A stretch of 64,000 nucleotides of DNA from Patescibacteria group bacterium (GTDB lineage Bacteria; Patescibacteriota; Microgenomatia; Levybacterales; UBA12049), in NCBI GenBank assembly GCA_026004395.1, contig BPJB01000001.1, positions 841,226 to 905,225 of the forward strand, written 5' to 3'. Below the pieces are notes generated by a model that was not told where the DNA came from, made no database searches, and was given only the letters and a program-made list of their open reading frames with translations. Shown piece after piece: positions 10,989 through 20,571 of this stretch; within the stretch, counting starts at the first letter, position 1; the number at the start of each line of letters is the position of its first letter. Both the position numbers and the translations under genes were made by a program.

Positions 10989-11858
10989 ATGAAAGCGCGA
11001 GTTGTATTTTTCGGCACTCCTGAATTTGTTATACCAGTCCTCAAATCGCTTTATCTAAATTTTGATCTCGTAGGCGTCGTGACAGCCCCAGATAGTATCC
11101 AAGGGAGAAAAAAGCTACTCACACCCTCTCCTGTTAAAAAATATTGTCTTGAAAGATCACTCTCTCCCATCTTTACTCCCGAGAGATTAGATCACCCAAC
11201 AGCTAAAGATTTAAAAACACTTCGTCCTGATCTTTTTATTGTTGCAGCTTATGGCAAAATACTACCTAAAATAATTCTTGATATTCCTACCCAAGGAGCG
11301 TTAAATATTCATCCATCACTTCTTCCCAATTATCGAGGACCATCTCCTATTCAATCTGCAATTCTTAATGGAGATTATAAAACGGGAATTTCAATCATAA
11401 AAATGGATGATCAAATGGATCATGGCCCTATTCTCAAACAATGGGTATTCCCTATATCAGAAAAAGATACCTCTGAAAGTCTTCATACAAATATGTTTGC
11501 TGATGCATCCAAAAAACTTCCTTCTATTATTGAAGATTATTTACAGGGATCGTTATCACCACAACCCCAAGATGACACTCAAGCAACATACTGTCCTCTA
11601 ATTACCAAAAAAAGTGGTTTTTTTTCGCTGAAAAATCCTCCATCTCCTGAAATACTGGATCGAATGATTCGAGCATACTATCCCTGGCCTACAGTATGGA
11701 CTACTCTAAAAATTAAAGAAAAAGAAGTACGCATTAAGTTCTTACCCGATTATAAACTACAAGTTGAAGGAGGTAAACCTTTAACTCTTAAAGAGTTTCT
11801 TAACGGATATCCTGAACTCAAAACAACAATACAAAAATTATTTAATTTACCTTCTTAA
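10989..11858 (+). CDS. fmt: Methionyl-tRNA formyltransferase
   Basis: FFGTPEF, VAAYGKIL, NIHPSLLPNYRGPSP; downstream of def. Confidence 0.96.
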   Translation: MKARVVFFGTPEFVIPVLKSLYLNFDLVGVVTAPDSIQGRKKLLTPSPVKKYCLERSLSPIFTPERLDHPTAKDLKTLRPDLFIVAAYGKILPKIILDIPTQGALNIHPSLLPNYRGPSPIQSAILNGDYKTGISIIKMDDQMDHGPILKQWVFPISEKDTSESLHTNMFADASKKLPSIIEDYLQGSLSPQPQDDTQATYCPLITKKSGFFSLKNPPSPEILDRMIRAYYPWPTVWTTLKIKEKEVRIKFLPDYKLQVEGGKPLTLKEFLNGYPELKTTIQKLFNLPS

Positions 11859-11871
11859 GGCTTGCAGTGGT

Positions 11872-12108
11872 CTAAACCGATAATTGTGCAGAAGATCCTT
11901 TGGCAGAAAGCACGTTTTGAGCAGCGGCAACTCTCTTATACATTCGAAGACACTTAGTACATAATTTCATCTTCTTTGCCGTTCCATCAATGACGATGCG
12001 TGCAGTATGCAGATTGGGGCGGAATTTTCTGAGAGTTCGACGCTTTGAATGAGACACATTGTGCCCATAAAGAATTCCCTTTCCGCATGATTCACATTTC
12101 ATAGCCAT
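11872..12108 (-). CDS. rpmB: 50S ribosomal protein L28
   Basis: MAMKCESCGK...NVSHSKRRTLRKFRPNL...LCTKCLR; AAGGAG RBS upstream of ATG 12108. The track ORF is over-extended. Confidence 0.96.
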   Translation of the reverse strand: MAMKCESCGKGILYGHNVSHSKRRTLRKFRPNLHTARIVIDGTAKKMKLCTKCLRMYKRVAAAQNVLSAKGSSAQLSV

Positions 12109-12226
12109 AGACAAATACTCCTTAAGTTTATATACTATACCATAGATCAATTCAGATCTCAAGACTGTCAAAAGCTGAAAATTAAATTTAACATTAAAAA
12201 GGGTAATTAATTTTTTTTTATTTATT

Positions 12227-12889
12227 ATGGATCTACTCTTCAACCCAATTGTCGGCGCACTTATTACCATAACAATTCTTGTCTTCTCTGCTATTTTCCA
12301 TGAAATAGCTCATGGTTATGTCGCAGATAGATTTGGTGATCCCACTGCACGACTTATGGGCAGATTGACTCTGGATCCTAGAAAACACATTGATCCATTC
12401 TTAAGTATTATTCTTCCACTTCTACTTTTTCTCTCCAATACAGGCATTATTTTCGGCGGCGCAAAACCTGTACCTGTTGATCCTTTTAATCTTAGAGACG
12501 GAAGAAAAGATATTGCACTAGTATCTCTTGCTGGACCTATGACCAATATTCTTCTTGCAGTCCTTGGTACACTCATCATAAAATTACTCTTTCCGCAAAC
12601 ATCGCTTTTTCTTATTCAACATTCATCCTTTATTGGATTTATTCTAGGAACTACTGTACAAATCAACCTTTTGTTGGCTATTTTTAATCTTCTTCCTATA
12701 CCACCACTCGATGGATCAAAAATATTTGCAATGATTCTCCCAGAAAGAATTGCTGATGCTTATCTTTCTCTTAGCTCAGTTGGTACACTGCTTCTACTTA
12801 TTCTCCTTCTTTTTCCCATCGGAGGATTTTCTCTTCTTGGAGTAGTAGCAACACTTTTTGGTTATTCTCTAAAACTACTAGGTTTATAG
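12227..12889 (+). CDS. Site-2 protease (M50 family)
   Basis: HEIAH zinc motif, AGPMTN, NLLPIPPLDG. Confidence 0.93.
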   Translation: MDLLFNPIVGALITITILVFSAIFHEIAHGYVADRFGDPTARLMGRLTLDPRKHIDPFLSIILPLLLFLSNTGIIFGGAKPVPVDPFNLRDGRKDIALVSLAGPMTNILLAVLGTLIIKLLFPQTSLFLIQHSSFIGFILGTTVQINLLLAIFNLLPIPPLDGSKIFAMILPERIADAYLSLSSVGTLLLLILLLFPIGGFSLLGVVATLFGYSLKLLGL

Positions 12890-12931
12890 CTAACTTTTCT
12901 CCGATATATTAACGAAAAAAAACTATAATCC

Positions 12932-12960
12932 TTGACACGTAGCTAAGACATGAATATACT
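12932..12960 (+). promoter_or_regulatory. Sigma70-type promoter for the ncRNA candidate
   Basis: TTGACA-N17-TATACT immediately upstream of the 12964 stem. Confidence 0.75.
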
Positions 12961-12961
12961 G

Positions 12962-13160
12962 ATCTTGCTCTTTGATACTTGAGTTGGTTGCAAATATTTT
13001 TTCTCTACAAATTCATTTGCAATGAGGTATTCCGCTTGCATGAGCAACGCGGGAGACAAGGTGGTTTTCAACTAGCTCGTGGGCTAGTTGACAGCCTTCC
13101 TAATTGTTATATCTCAGGGAAAATGAGCAACAATAAACTCGGTATTCAAAGAGCGAAGTT
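12962..13160 (+). ncRNA. Structured ncRNA, putative 6S RNA
   Basis: 5' CTTGCTCTTTGATACTTGAGTT pairs with 3' AACTCGGTATTCAAAGAGCGAAG, with G-U pairs on the + strand. Further nested helices and apical hairpins; ~195 nt with its own promoter and terminator. Confidence 0.55.
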
Positions 13161-13178
13161 ATTATCAATTTAACAATG

Positions 13179-13237
13179 CAAAAACCATACATTTGGTATC
13201 AATAATACTAGCAAGTATGGTTTTTGTTTTATTTTTT
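13179..13237 (+). terminator. Hairpin plus U-tract after the ncRNA
   Basis: CAAAAACCATAC...GTATGGTTTTTG followed by TTTTATTTTTT. Confidence 0.6.
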
Positions 13238-13297
13238 GCTTTAGTATTGCCCCTGATCCTCTTGTTTGGTACAATGATGCGAAGAAAATAAATAAAT

Positions 13298-13372
13298 GCC
13301 GAAGTAACTCAGCGGTAGAGTAGCTGTTTTGTAAACAGCAAGTCATGGGTTCGAATCCCATCTTCGGCTCCA
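13298..13372 (+). tRNA. tRNA-Thr(TGT)
   Basis: Cloverleaf GCCGAAG/CTTCGGC, anticodon loop TTTGTAA, TTCGAAT, encoded CCA; TTGCCC-N17-TACAAT promoter upstream. Confidence 0.97.
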
Positions 13373-13456
13373 GCTGGGGTGGCAGAGCAGCAATTGCACG
13401 TGGCTGTAGACCACGCGTCCGAAAGGGCTACGGGGGTGCAAGTCCCTCCCCCAGCA
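13373..13456 (+). tRNA. tRNA-Tyr(GTA)
   Basis: GCTGGGG/CCCCAGC acceptor stem, CTGTAGA loop, long variable arm, atypical T-loop TGCAAGT, no encoded CCA. Confidence 0.9.
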
Positions 13457-14068
13457 CAAAAAATCGCTTCTTAAGAATTGTTTTTGTTGGCAAATTAACT
13501 ATCTGTTTCTTCCCCAAAAAATAACAAGCTTAATAAAATATTCTCAAAAAAGAATGAACTTTTTGCTATGTAAGAAAGATCCACGTTCCATTGACTAGAA
13601 TTAGACATAAAACCGTCTGTTAGATGAAAAGATATAAAATTATCAGAAAATCCAAACATGAAGCAAATAATCTTAAATTAAATCCTAAAGAAAATCCTTT
13701 CTCTATAGAGAGTGTTTTTCTATCCATCGAATCTTATCTACAAAATATATGCAATAAAAGAAAATGTCAGAAATTCTTTGAATATAGCTAATCTCTTTCA
13801 CTTGGCTGTATTTTCAAAAGTGCTCCAGAAAATATATTGCTTTCAAAGAGAAAATAAAATTGAGATTAATTTGCTTTAACTTTCCTAATTTTCTTGAAAA
13901 GCTACTAACCAAAAATACTTGAGATACTAGATGAAAAATTTGGTAAAATAATCCTCATTCCAACTAAAGGAAGCTAAGTATATATAAAAAGAAAATTACT
14001 TTCTAGTATTTACATATGTTGAACAACACAAACTTAAAGTTTGGATAATGAAATTAAAAATTTAAAAT

Positions 14069-14143
14069 GCCGATGTAGCTTAGTGGTAAAGCACACCCTT
14101 GGTAAGGGTGAGACCACGGGTTCGATCCCCGTCATCGGCTCCA
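14069..14143 (+). tRNA. tRNA-Thr(GGT)
   Basis: GCCGATG/CATCGGC acceptor stem, TTGGTAA loop, TTCGATC, CCA. Confidence 0.97.
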
Positions 14144-14539
14144 AAATCAAAATTTGAGAAGTTAAATGAATTTTTTAGCAACACTTTCATAGTATATAAA
14201 AAGTGTTCTAAAACTGAAAAATAGCTTTTATTATAATATTTTCCATATTGACATTTATATCATTCCTTAAGGTGAAGAGATCAAAACTACTGATCTCAGT
14301 TAGCAATTTCGAATCAAAAAATCAATATTGTAGTATGGATAAACTATTATTTATTTATTAAAGTAAAGTCGACAAAAGACCTTTATTTCTAAAAAATCAG
14401 ATACTTTATCAGAAAACATCTTACTTTATATTAGACTCTACAAAATCCTAAAAATTTATGTTAAAATGTAAAAACTTATCAAGCAGTTGTTTTTATTTTT
14501 ATAAAGATAAAATAACAAAAGCTGTTAGTTTTTAAATTT

Positions 14540-14716
14540 ATGGCAAAAAAAGGAGAACATCGTATCACAATTGGTCTTGTTTGTACTGTCTGCAAGAATA
14601 GAAATTACGTAACAACTAAAAATAAGATGGAGACACCAGAGAAGCTAGTCTTAAGAAAATTCTGCAAACATTGCCGCAAGGTCACAGAGCACAAAGAAGT
14701 CGAAAAGCTTAAATAA
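14540..14716 (+). CDS. rpmG: 50S ribosomal protein L33 (zinc-ribbon C+ form)
   Basis: Manual translation MAKKGEHRITIGLVCTVCKNRNYVTTKNK...LRKFCKHCRKVTEHKE, 58 aa, below the track cutoff. Confidence 0.95.
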   Translation: MAKKGEHRITIGLVCTVCKNRNYVTTKNKMETPEKLVLRKFCKHCRKVTEHKEVEKLK

Positions 14717-14881
14717 ACTATTTCTTAACTTACCACATTCGTGCTATTTTTTCTTGTTATTTTTTGCTATCTATTTTTGCTATCCAAAACCTTAACCCAA
14801 TAAAATTTTAAAATAAAATTAATTCTCTTCAGGGTAAGAATGTAAGTAATAAAATTCTTGACTATGGTATATGATACATTT

Positions 14882-15286
14882 GTGCCTCATGTTTCTTGAA
14901 ACAAACTGACCAAAACAGTAGAAAATCAGCTCACAACAACACTTGAGCTTGTTTTAGCAAGAATCGCTAAAGAAGAAGAGATGAAAGACTTTCTTCTCTC
15001 TTTATTGACCCCAACCGAAAGGATTATGCTAGCCAAAAGACTCGCAATTATTATTCTTTTAAAAGAAGGGCTTCCAGAGTGGCGTATTGCTGATGCTTTA
15101 CACATGACGCGAATCACAGTATCCAGGATGCAACTTTTCCTGGAAGCAAGAGGCAAGGGTTATGAAATTGCTTTGCAAGTCCTGCAAAACGAAAAAGTTA
15201 TGCAAGATATAAAAACTTTACTTCTGAAACTCGCAGGTTACGCTGTAAGAGCAGCTGGCGGACGAGTTAAGCCCTCTATTATCTGA
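14882..15286 (+). pseudogene. TrpR/YerC-YecD-like HTH repressor with a premature in-frame TGA at codon 6
   Basis: LLTPTERIMLAKRLAI...IADALHMTRITVSR. The frame extends upstream to GTG 14882 (MPHVS*NKLTK...), with TGA at 14897-14899. A shorter product from ATG 14981 is possible. Confidence 0.7.
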
Positions 15287-15412
15287 CAATCTATTTGACA
15301 ATCTACATCTTCTGTATCATAAGTTAATATATGATACAGGTAAAAAAATTGCGTTGAAGACAAAAACCAAGTATAATTTCTCTAATTTTGAGATTTCTTA
15401 AATTTTGTGTAA

Positions 15413-15483
15413 AGGGGTGTCGGTTAACGGTAAACCAGCGGTCTCCAAAACCGCGACTGGGGGTTCGATTCCCTCCGCCCCTG
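15413..15483 (+). tRNA. tRNA-Trp(CCA)
   Basis: AGGGGTG/CGCCCCT acceptor stem, CTCCAAA loop, TTCGATT; TTGCGT-N17-TATAAT promoter upstream. Confidence 0.95.
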
Positions 15484-15755
15484 CAGACATTGCTTCATTA
15501 ATTCGCTAACTCTGACTTCTCATTTTATTATTCTTTCACATTCTAAGATAAAAGTCATATAGGTATGTCTTAACGTTATCAACTTTGATAACACATTACC
15601 CCAATTACCTCTACTCTACATCCTAAAATACTCAAAAATAAAATTATGATGATTGTTAATGTCACTGCAAAAGCCCCAATATGTCGTGTTTGTCTCTAAC
15701 ACAATCACACCGGTAGTTAATACTTTTAAAGCAGTATATAAAGTTTACGCCAACA

Positions 15756-16535
15756 TCACCTGAATTTAAAAAAAAGTATATTCCCAATAAGAAGTGCACT
15801 AATTAAGATATCAGGTGGTCTTGAGATTGGCAATTTATTTAATAGAAAAACAAAACTTATGATCAATACCGCAATCATCAACCCATAAAGTATTTGTCTT
15901 GTTTTCATAACTGGCGATGTTTGTGGCTCTGGAAGCATTACTAATGCATAGAACAGACTGCCGGGATTAATTAGAGTTTGTAATAATCCAATGGTAGAAG
16001 TGCCGTTTACAAGCTCTATAATACTGTAGAATAAAAGGTATGCTAGAATGGTCCCAAACCTTCTTAATCTTAAAGCTGAAACATAGGCGATTCCTATTAA
16101 AGGAATATAAAGTAAAATCTGAAGAAGAGTATTATCCACAGGAAGAGTTAATCCCCACCATGAAGGATTAATCCCAAGAATAATCCATCCGACAAAAAAC
16201 CCTGATGCTGCTGGATTAAATACATGTCTTCCACCTATTCGAACAAAGTTTTTAATCCCCATCGCAATAATACATATCAAAAAAAGCTGGTACCACTTAA
16301 TAGATGGATCAACAATTAAGGTAATGATTAAGCTAGTAACAACTGCAGCGTAAGGAATAAATAGCTTTCTTCTAAGAAGGTAAGTAAAAAAAAGATCAGA
16401 TAACACACAGTAACCAAGACAACTTATGAAAAGATAAACTGCTAATTGAAAACCAATGAGAGGATAAGCTGTAAGCAAAAGAAATAACAAAAGAAGAATA
16501 ATCTGTACCTTAGGAATTCTAATAATCTCTCTCAT
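15756..16535 (-). CDS. RnfD/NqrB-family membrane protein
   Basis: Multi-TM with RHVFNPAA and MLPEPQTSP motifs. ATG 16535 preferred over track start 16607. Confidence 0.75.
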   Translation of the reverse strand: MREIIRIPKVQIILLLLFLLLTAYPLIGFQLAVYLFISCLGYCVLSDLFFTYLLRRKLFIPYAAVVTSLIITLIVDPSIKWYQLFLICIIAMGIKNFVRIGGRHVFNPAASGFFVGWIILGINPSWWGLTLPVDNTLLQILLYIPLIGIAYVSALRLRRFGTILAYLLFYSIIELVNGTSTIGLLQTLINPGSLFYALVMLPEPQTSPVMKTRQILYGLMIAVLIISFVFLLNKLPISRPPDILISALLIGNILFFKFR

Positions 16536-16746
16536 CTTTTTTGAATAAACTCCAATTATTATCACAATAACAAAGTTTTGTTGTGTATACAATATAATTG
16601 TGCGCAAAAAATTATATATTTACAAAAGTTTAGATAAAAATTTTTTTAGAATAACCCTTAACCGATTGCTCAAACCAATTGACATAGCAATCAATATTGA
16701 TAGTAAAAATGCTTATTTAAATTTTTCATTTAAAGTCCTATAACAC

Positions 16747-16798
16747 AAATCACAAAATACCGCTCGAGTGTGAATTTGTGATTTGCTCTTACAATTCT
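16747..16798 (+). repeat. Dispersed palindromic element, copy 1
   Basis: AAATCACAAAATACCGCTCGAGTGTGAATTTGTGATTTGCTCTTACAATTCT, identical to the copy at 30739. Confidence 0.95.
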
Positions 16799-17250
16799 TT
16801 ATTCCAGCAATTAAAGTAATTAACTTATTTAACTTAATATCAATCTAAATTAGATAAACATGTTAAATAAGGTAGATTTTTTTATCTAGTAGTAAATTTG
16901 TTCTCCACGTTTCTGCTGTATTATAAAGACAGTTGTTGCCTGAGATTAATTTACCTCTTTTTGATTGCAAACATCTTTTTATAAAACTAAAATCCTAACT
17001 CTCTTGTACAATCTGAGGTATTTCAATATTCACCAAAAAATTATTAATTATGCTCAGCTCTTAAATCTTAAAAAAGTTTTGAATGTAATATATATACACT
17101 TATTCTTTCAGCCTCTAACACCTTACAGAAAAGTTACTCAGCCAGTCCCTATAGCTTGATAATAAACAAAAATAATTATAAGAATAGCTTGAATATATAG
17201 ATGGATTATCATTACGTTGATTATTCTTAAAAAAATATTATACTTTTCTC

Positions 17251-17382
17251 ATGAAAGACGCTCAAAGAAAACAATTTTTCACTTCCACTGAACTTAGAAT
17301 TATCGCCTTAAGTTTGAGTATTCTATCTTTGGGCTTGGCGATTGCCTACATTGGTTTTATGCTCTTTCTTAAATCAAAATGA
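17251..17382 (+). CDS. Small single-TM protein (43 aa)
   Basis: MKDAQRKQFFTSTELRIIALSLSILSLGLAIAYIGFMLFLKSK; TATACT lies 6 nt before the ATG. Confidence 0.5.
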   Translation: MKDAQRKQFFTSTELRIIALSLSILSLGLAIAYIGFMLFLKSK

Positions 17383-17523
17383 GAATTTACCAAGTTAAAA
17401 GTCAGCTTAATGATAAGTATTAATGAAAAAATCTATCTCTCCTTAAATTCACAATTTCAATAAATCTGGCAGAGATTTTTCAACTTTTAAGCATGAGAAG
17501 TTTAAAGAATAAAATATATTATT

Positions 17524-19683
17524 TTAATTATTTTTGGGTAGCTCTACAGTAAAAGTAGTCCCTTCTTTAGGTTTACTAACAAGCGAAATTTTACCACCAT
17601 GAGCCTGTACGATTTGATTGACGATATAGAGCCCAACTCCTAGCCCCTTGTATTTACCTTTTATAGACCCTCTTTCAAAACGATCAAAAACCTTTTGTTG
17701 TTGATCTTGAGGAATACCTATACCATGATCACGGACTATGAGAATTGCGTTATACTTACTATCTTTTACCAGCACCTCAATTGGCTTTCCTGCACCGTAT
17801 TTTATGGCATTAGTTATCAAGTTTGTCACTACTTGTTCCAATCGTACACGATCCCAATTACCTGTAACGGAGTTCTCCGAAAAAAGATTAATAGGAGTGC
17901 TTGTTTTTTTTGCTTGTTCAGTAAACCTTGATACCACATCTGAGGCTATCTTATCTAATTGTGTTTTTTCTTTTTCAAGTTGCAGTCTTCCTGTTGAAAT
18001 AAGAGAGTAATTCAATAAATCATTGACTAGTTTACCTAATCGTTTGCTTTGATTAATAGTACTCTCCAACATTTGCATTGTACGTTCAATGGAAAATGTT
18101 GCCAATGACTGATTTTTAATACTATGAAGTACACTCTGAAGTTGAAGAAGCATAGAAGTTAATGGTGTCTTCAACTCATGAGATGCAATTGATAAAAATT
18201 CATCGCGTGCTTTTACCGCCTCCCGTGTCTCTTGATAAAGCATAGCGTTATCTATAGCAACAGCAATACGCTCTGCAATTTCTTTTGCAATTCTAAAATC
18301 TCTCTCTCTAAAAATCCTCCCCTTCTGAAAATTCCCAAATGTCACAACACCAATTATCCTCGAACGAATCCTAAGTGGAATTGCGATAACTGACTGAAGC
18401 CTTAAACTTCTTTGCAGTTGCAAATGCTGCTCATCTGCTGCCACTTCCTCCTCCAATCTAGAAGTTATGTAGGGAATAAACTTTGGTTTATTACTATGTA
18501 AAACAGATGCACTTATGCTCTTTGTTTTGCTGGTAGGTGGATATCTTTTAGCAAGTTCTTGTAATATTCGTTGTTTTTCACGACTTTTAGACTCAATTTC
18601 CAACAATTCAACTTTTCTCTTTGCATGAGTGATATAAACTTCACAAAAATCAGCAAAAAGAGGTACAATAAGCCTGACAAGACCACCTAATATTTTTTGA
18701 GGATCAAATGTTGCTACCTTATAGGTACTAAGCACTGCCAAAAGCTCCAAAGCTTGTCTTGATTCATATCGTTCAATAGCAGCTGCAATAACATTGGCAA
18801 TTGTTTGCAAAAACTCTACATCATGCCTAGAAAAATCTCTGCGTGTTTTGGTAAAAATACTTAGTATTCCATAGGGGCCATTTGTTCCTGGTATTAAAAC
18901 ATTAATACCACTAACTACTCCCATATCAACAAAAATAGAAGATTGCCGAAATCTCCGATCCTTAACTAGATCTTTTATAATAATAGGTTTTCTTGCACTA
19001 AGAGTATAATCCAAAAGAGTATCATCTTCTGCACTAAGCACTGCTTTTCTTAGAATATCCTTCTTCAAACCAAACCCAGACTGCAGACGCATCCTCTTTC
19101 CATCAGGCAAAACCTCAAAAAGCTGACAAAAATCTGCATTGAGTGTATAAGCAATTGAGCGAACAACTTTATCTAAAAACGATGTCAGATTCCTCTCAAC
19201 GCCATACTGACTAATAGTTGCAATAATTGATTGTTGAGCGGCACGAAGACTAAGAGCTGAATAAGCTTTATTGCGCCAATGTACAACAAGAATTACAATC
19301 GTTGCTTCAATTATATAGACAGTAAGCTCTAAAAGATCAGTAAATTTAATCAGTTGAAGTTGTCTCCCCGGAGCTAAGAAAAAGTAAGCAATCCCCAGAA
19401 CAGTCAATAGAGTTGCGACAGCACCGGGTCCTATTCCTCCAAACCATGCACTGATTAACACAGCCGGAAAAAGAAAGATAAAAGGAGTCAAGCTGCCGAT
19501 AAGCGGATCGAGACTAATTTTAAGAAAAATAAAAAAAATACTCAGTAAGAGAGCTAAACTATAGTGTGTAACTCTGGAATGCACGCGTGTAAGAGATATT
19601 ACCTTTTCTAGTCTATCACTGAGGACATTTTTTTGCCTGCTTGGGAAAACAAAACTTATAAGCTTGTTATCCACGGTAAACAT
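17524..19683 (-). CDS. Sensor histidine kinase (DUF4118-like TM, 2 GAF, HisKA, HATPase)
   Basis: SIASHELKTPL H-box, NLITNAIKY, DHGIGI, GLGVGLYI; two GAF-like segments. Start ATG 19683. Confidence 0.93.
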   Translation of the reverse strand: MFTVDNKLISFVFPSRQKNVLSDRLEKVISLTRVHSRVTHYSLALLLSIFFIFLKISLDPLIGSLTPFIFLFPAVLISAWFGGIGPGAVATLLTVLGIAYFFLAPGRQLQLIKFTDLLELTVYIIEATIVILVVHWRNKAYSALSLRAAQQSIIATISQYGVERNLTSFLDKVVRSIAYTLNADFCQLFEVLPDGKRMRLQSGFGLKKDILRKAVLSAEDDTLLDYTLSARKPIIIKDLVKDRRFRQSSIFVDMGVVSGINVLIPGTNGPYGILSIFTKTRRDFSRHDVEFLQTIANVIAAAIERYESRQALELLAVLSTYKVATFDPQKILGGLVRLIVPLFADFCEVYITHAKRKVELLEIESKSREKQRILQELAKRYPPTSKTKSISASVLHSNKPKFIPYITSRLEEEVAADEQHLQLQRSLRLQSVIAIPLRIRSRIIGVVTFGNFQKGRIFRERDFRIAKEIAERIAVAIDNAMLYQETREAVKARDEFLSIASHELKTPLTSMLLQLQSVLHSIKNQSLATFSIERTMQMLESTINQSKRLGKLVNDLLNYSLISTGRLQLEKEKTQLDKIASDVVSRFTEQAKKTSTPINLFSENSVTGNWDRVRLEQVVTNLITNAIKYGAGKPIEVLVKDSKYNAILIVRDHGIGIPQDQQQKVFDRFERGSIKGKYKGLGVGLYIVNQIVQAHGGKISLVSKPKEGTTFTVELPKNN

Positions 19684-19746
19684 GTCTGTATTATACAATA
19701 CCTGACAAAAACAATATTTTATTAAATTTAAAAAATATAAATAGTC

Positions 19747-20427
19747 CTAAGAAAATCTTTTATCTTTTTTTCGTTGTCTCTCAAATGCAAATAATTGGAC
19801 CGACAAAAAGCTATAAGACAAGAAAAAAATAGCTGCTCCTAATAAAGATCCACCCACTACATCTGTTAACCAATGCTCTCCCAAATACACTCTCGATAAC
19901 AACATAGCTATATCAAAGAAAATAACCAATATTGTCAATAATTTTTTTAACCTCTTATGCATGCTTGAAGTTAATATTAGAGAAATGATAATCAAAGAAA
20001 GAAAAATAGTTCGCCCGCTATGTCCTGATGGATAAGAAAACTCAGATCTCACATGAAATTGAGGAAAGCTGATATACCTTTCTGTCCTTAGCATAAACTC
20101 AGGAGGCGGAGGATGATGAATAAAAGTCTTTCCTAAAATCTCTATAATATGGAAAACAATATATCCCCCCACAAAGAGAATGCTTGTTATAAACTTGCGA
20201 AGCAAAATCAATAAAACAATTAATAAGGAAGTTAAAATCTCAAAATTCCCAATTATACTTAGCAAAGAAAAGTAAGGATCAACACGTCGTGTGAGATTAT
20301 CTTGCAATCTCACAGTAGTATCAAAATCCAATTGATTAAGTATGTCTTTATGAACAAGATATGAAAGGAGAATAAAACCAAGGAAAAACACTATACCAGT
20401 CAGAAAAAGAAGAGGATTTTTTATCAT
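19747..20427 (-). CDS. PAP2-family phosphatase
   Basis: SYPSGH and SRVYLGEHWLTDV motifs. Confidence 0.9.
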   Translation of the reverse strand: MIKNPLLFLTGIVFFLGFILLSYLVHKDILNQLDFDTTVRLQDNLTRRVDPYFSLLSIIGNFEILTSLLIVLLILLRKFITSILFVGGYIVFHIIEILGKTFIHHPPPPEFMLRTERYISFPQFHVRSEFSYPSGHSGRTIFLSLIIISLILTSSMHKRLKKLLTILVIFFDIAMLLSRVYLGEHWLTDVVGGSLLGAAIFFLSYSFLSVQLFAFERQRKKDKRFS

Positions 20428-20571
20428 TCAATTATAATACCTCAAATATTAAGCAGATTAAAGGTCACTAGGATAATTCTGATAATTTTATACTTTTGAT
20501 AAGGAAAAAATTACTTTACTGAAAATCTATCTAAATTATTGAAAAATGAATTTTTCAATACTCCAAAAATT

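Noticed and set aside
12109-12270. N-terminal extension of L28 in the ORF track
   Set aside because: The RBS and homology start at 12108; the extension overlaps the divergent M50 gene.
12962-13160. SRP RNA, tmRNA or RNase P identity for the ncRNA
   Set aside because: It lacks the SRP domain IV motif, tRNA-like ends and the RNase P GAGGAAAGUCC core, and it is too short for the latter two.
13170-13361. 63-aa ORF on the minus strand
   Set aside because: It is the antisense shadow of tRNA-Thr and the terminator.
14897-14899. TGA recoding (code 4 or 25)
   Set aside because: TGA ends intact genes such as def. Long ORFs have no internal TGA, and the in-frame TGAs noticed occur only in apparently decayed genes.
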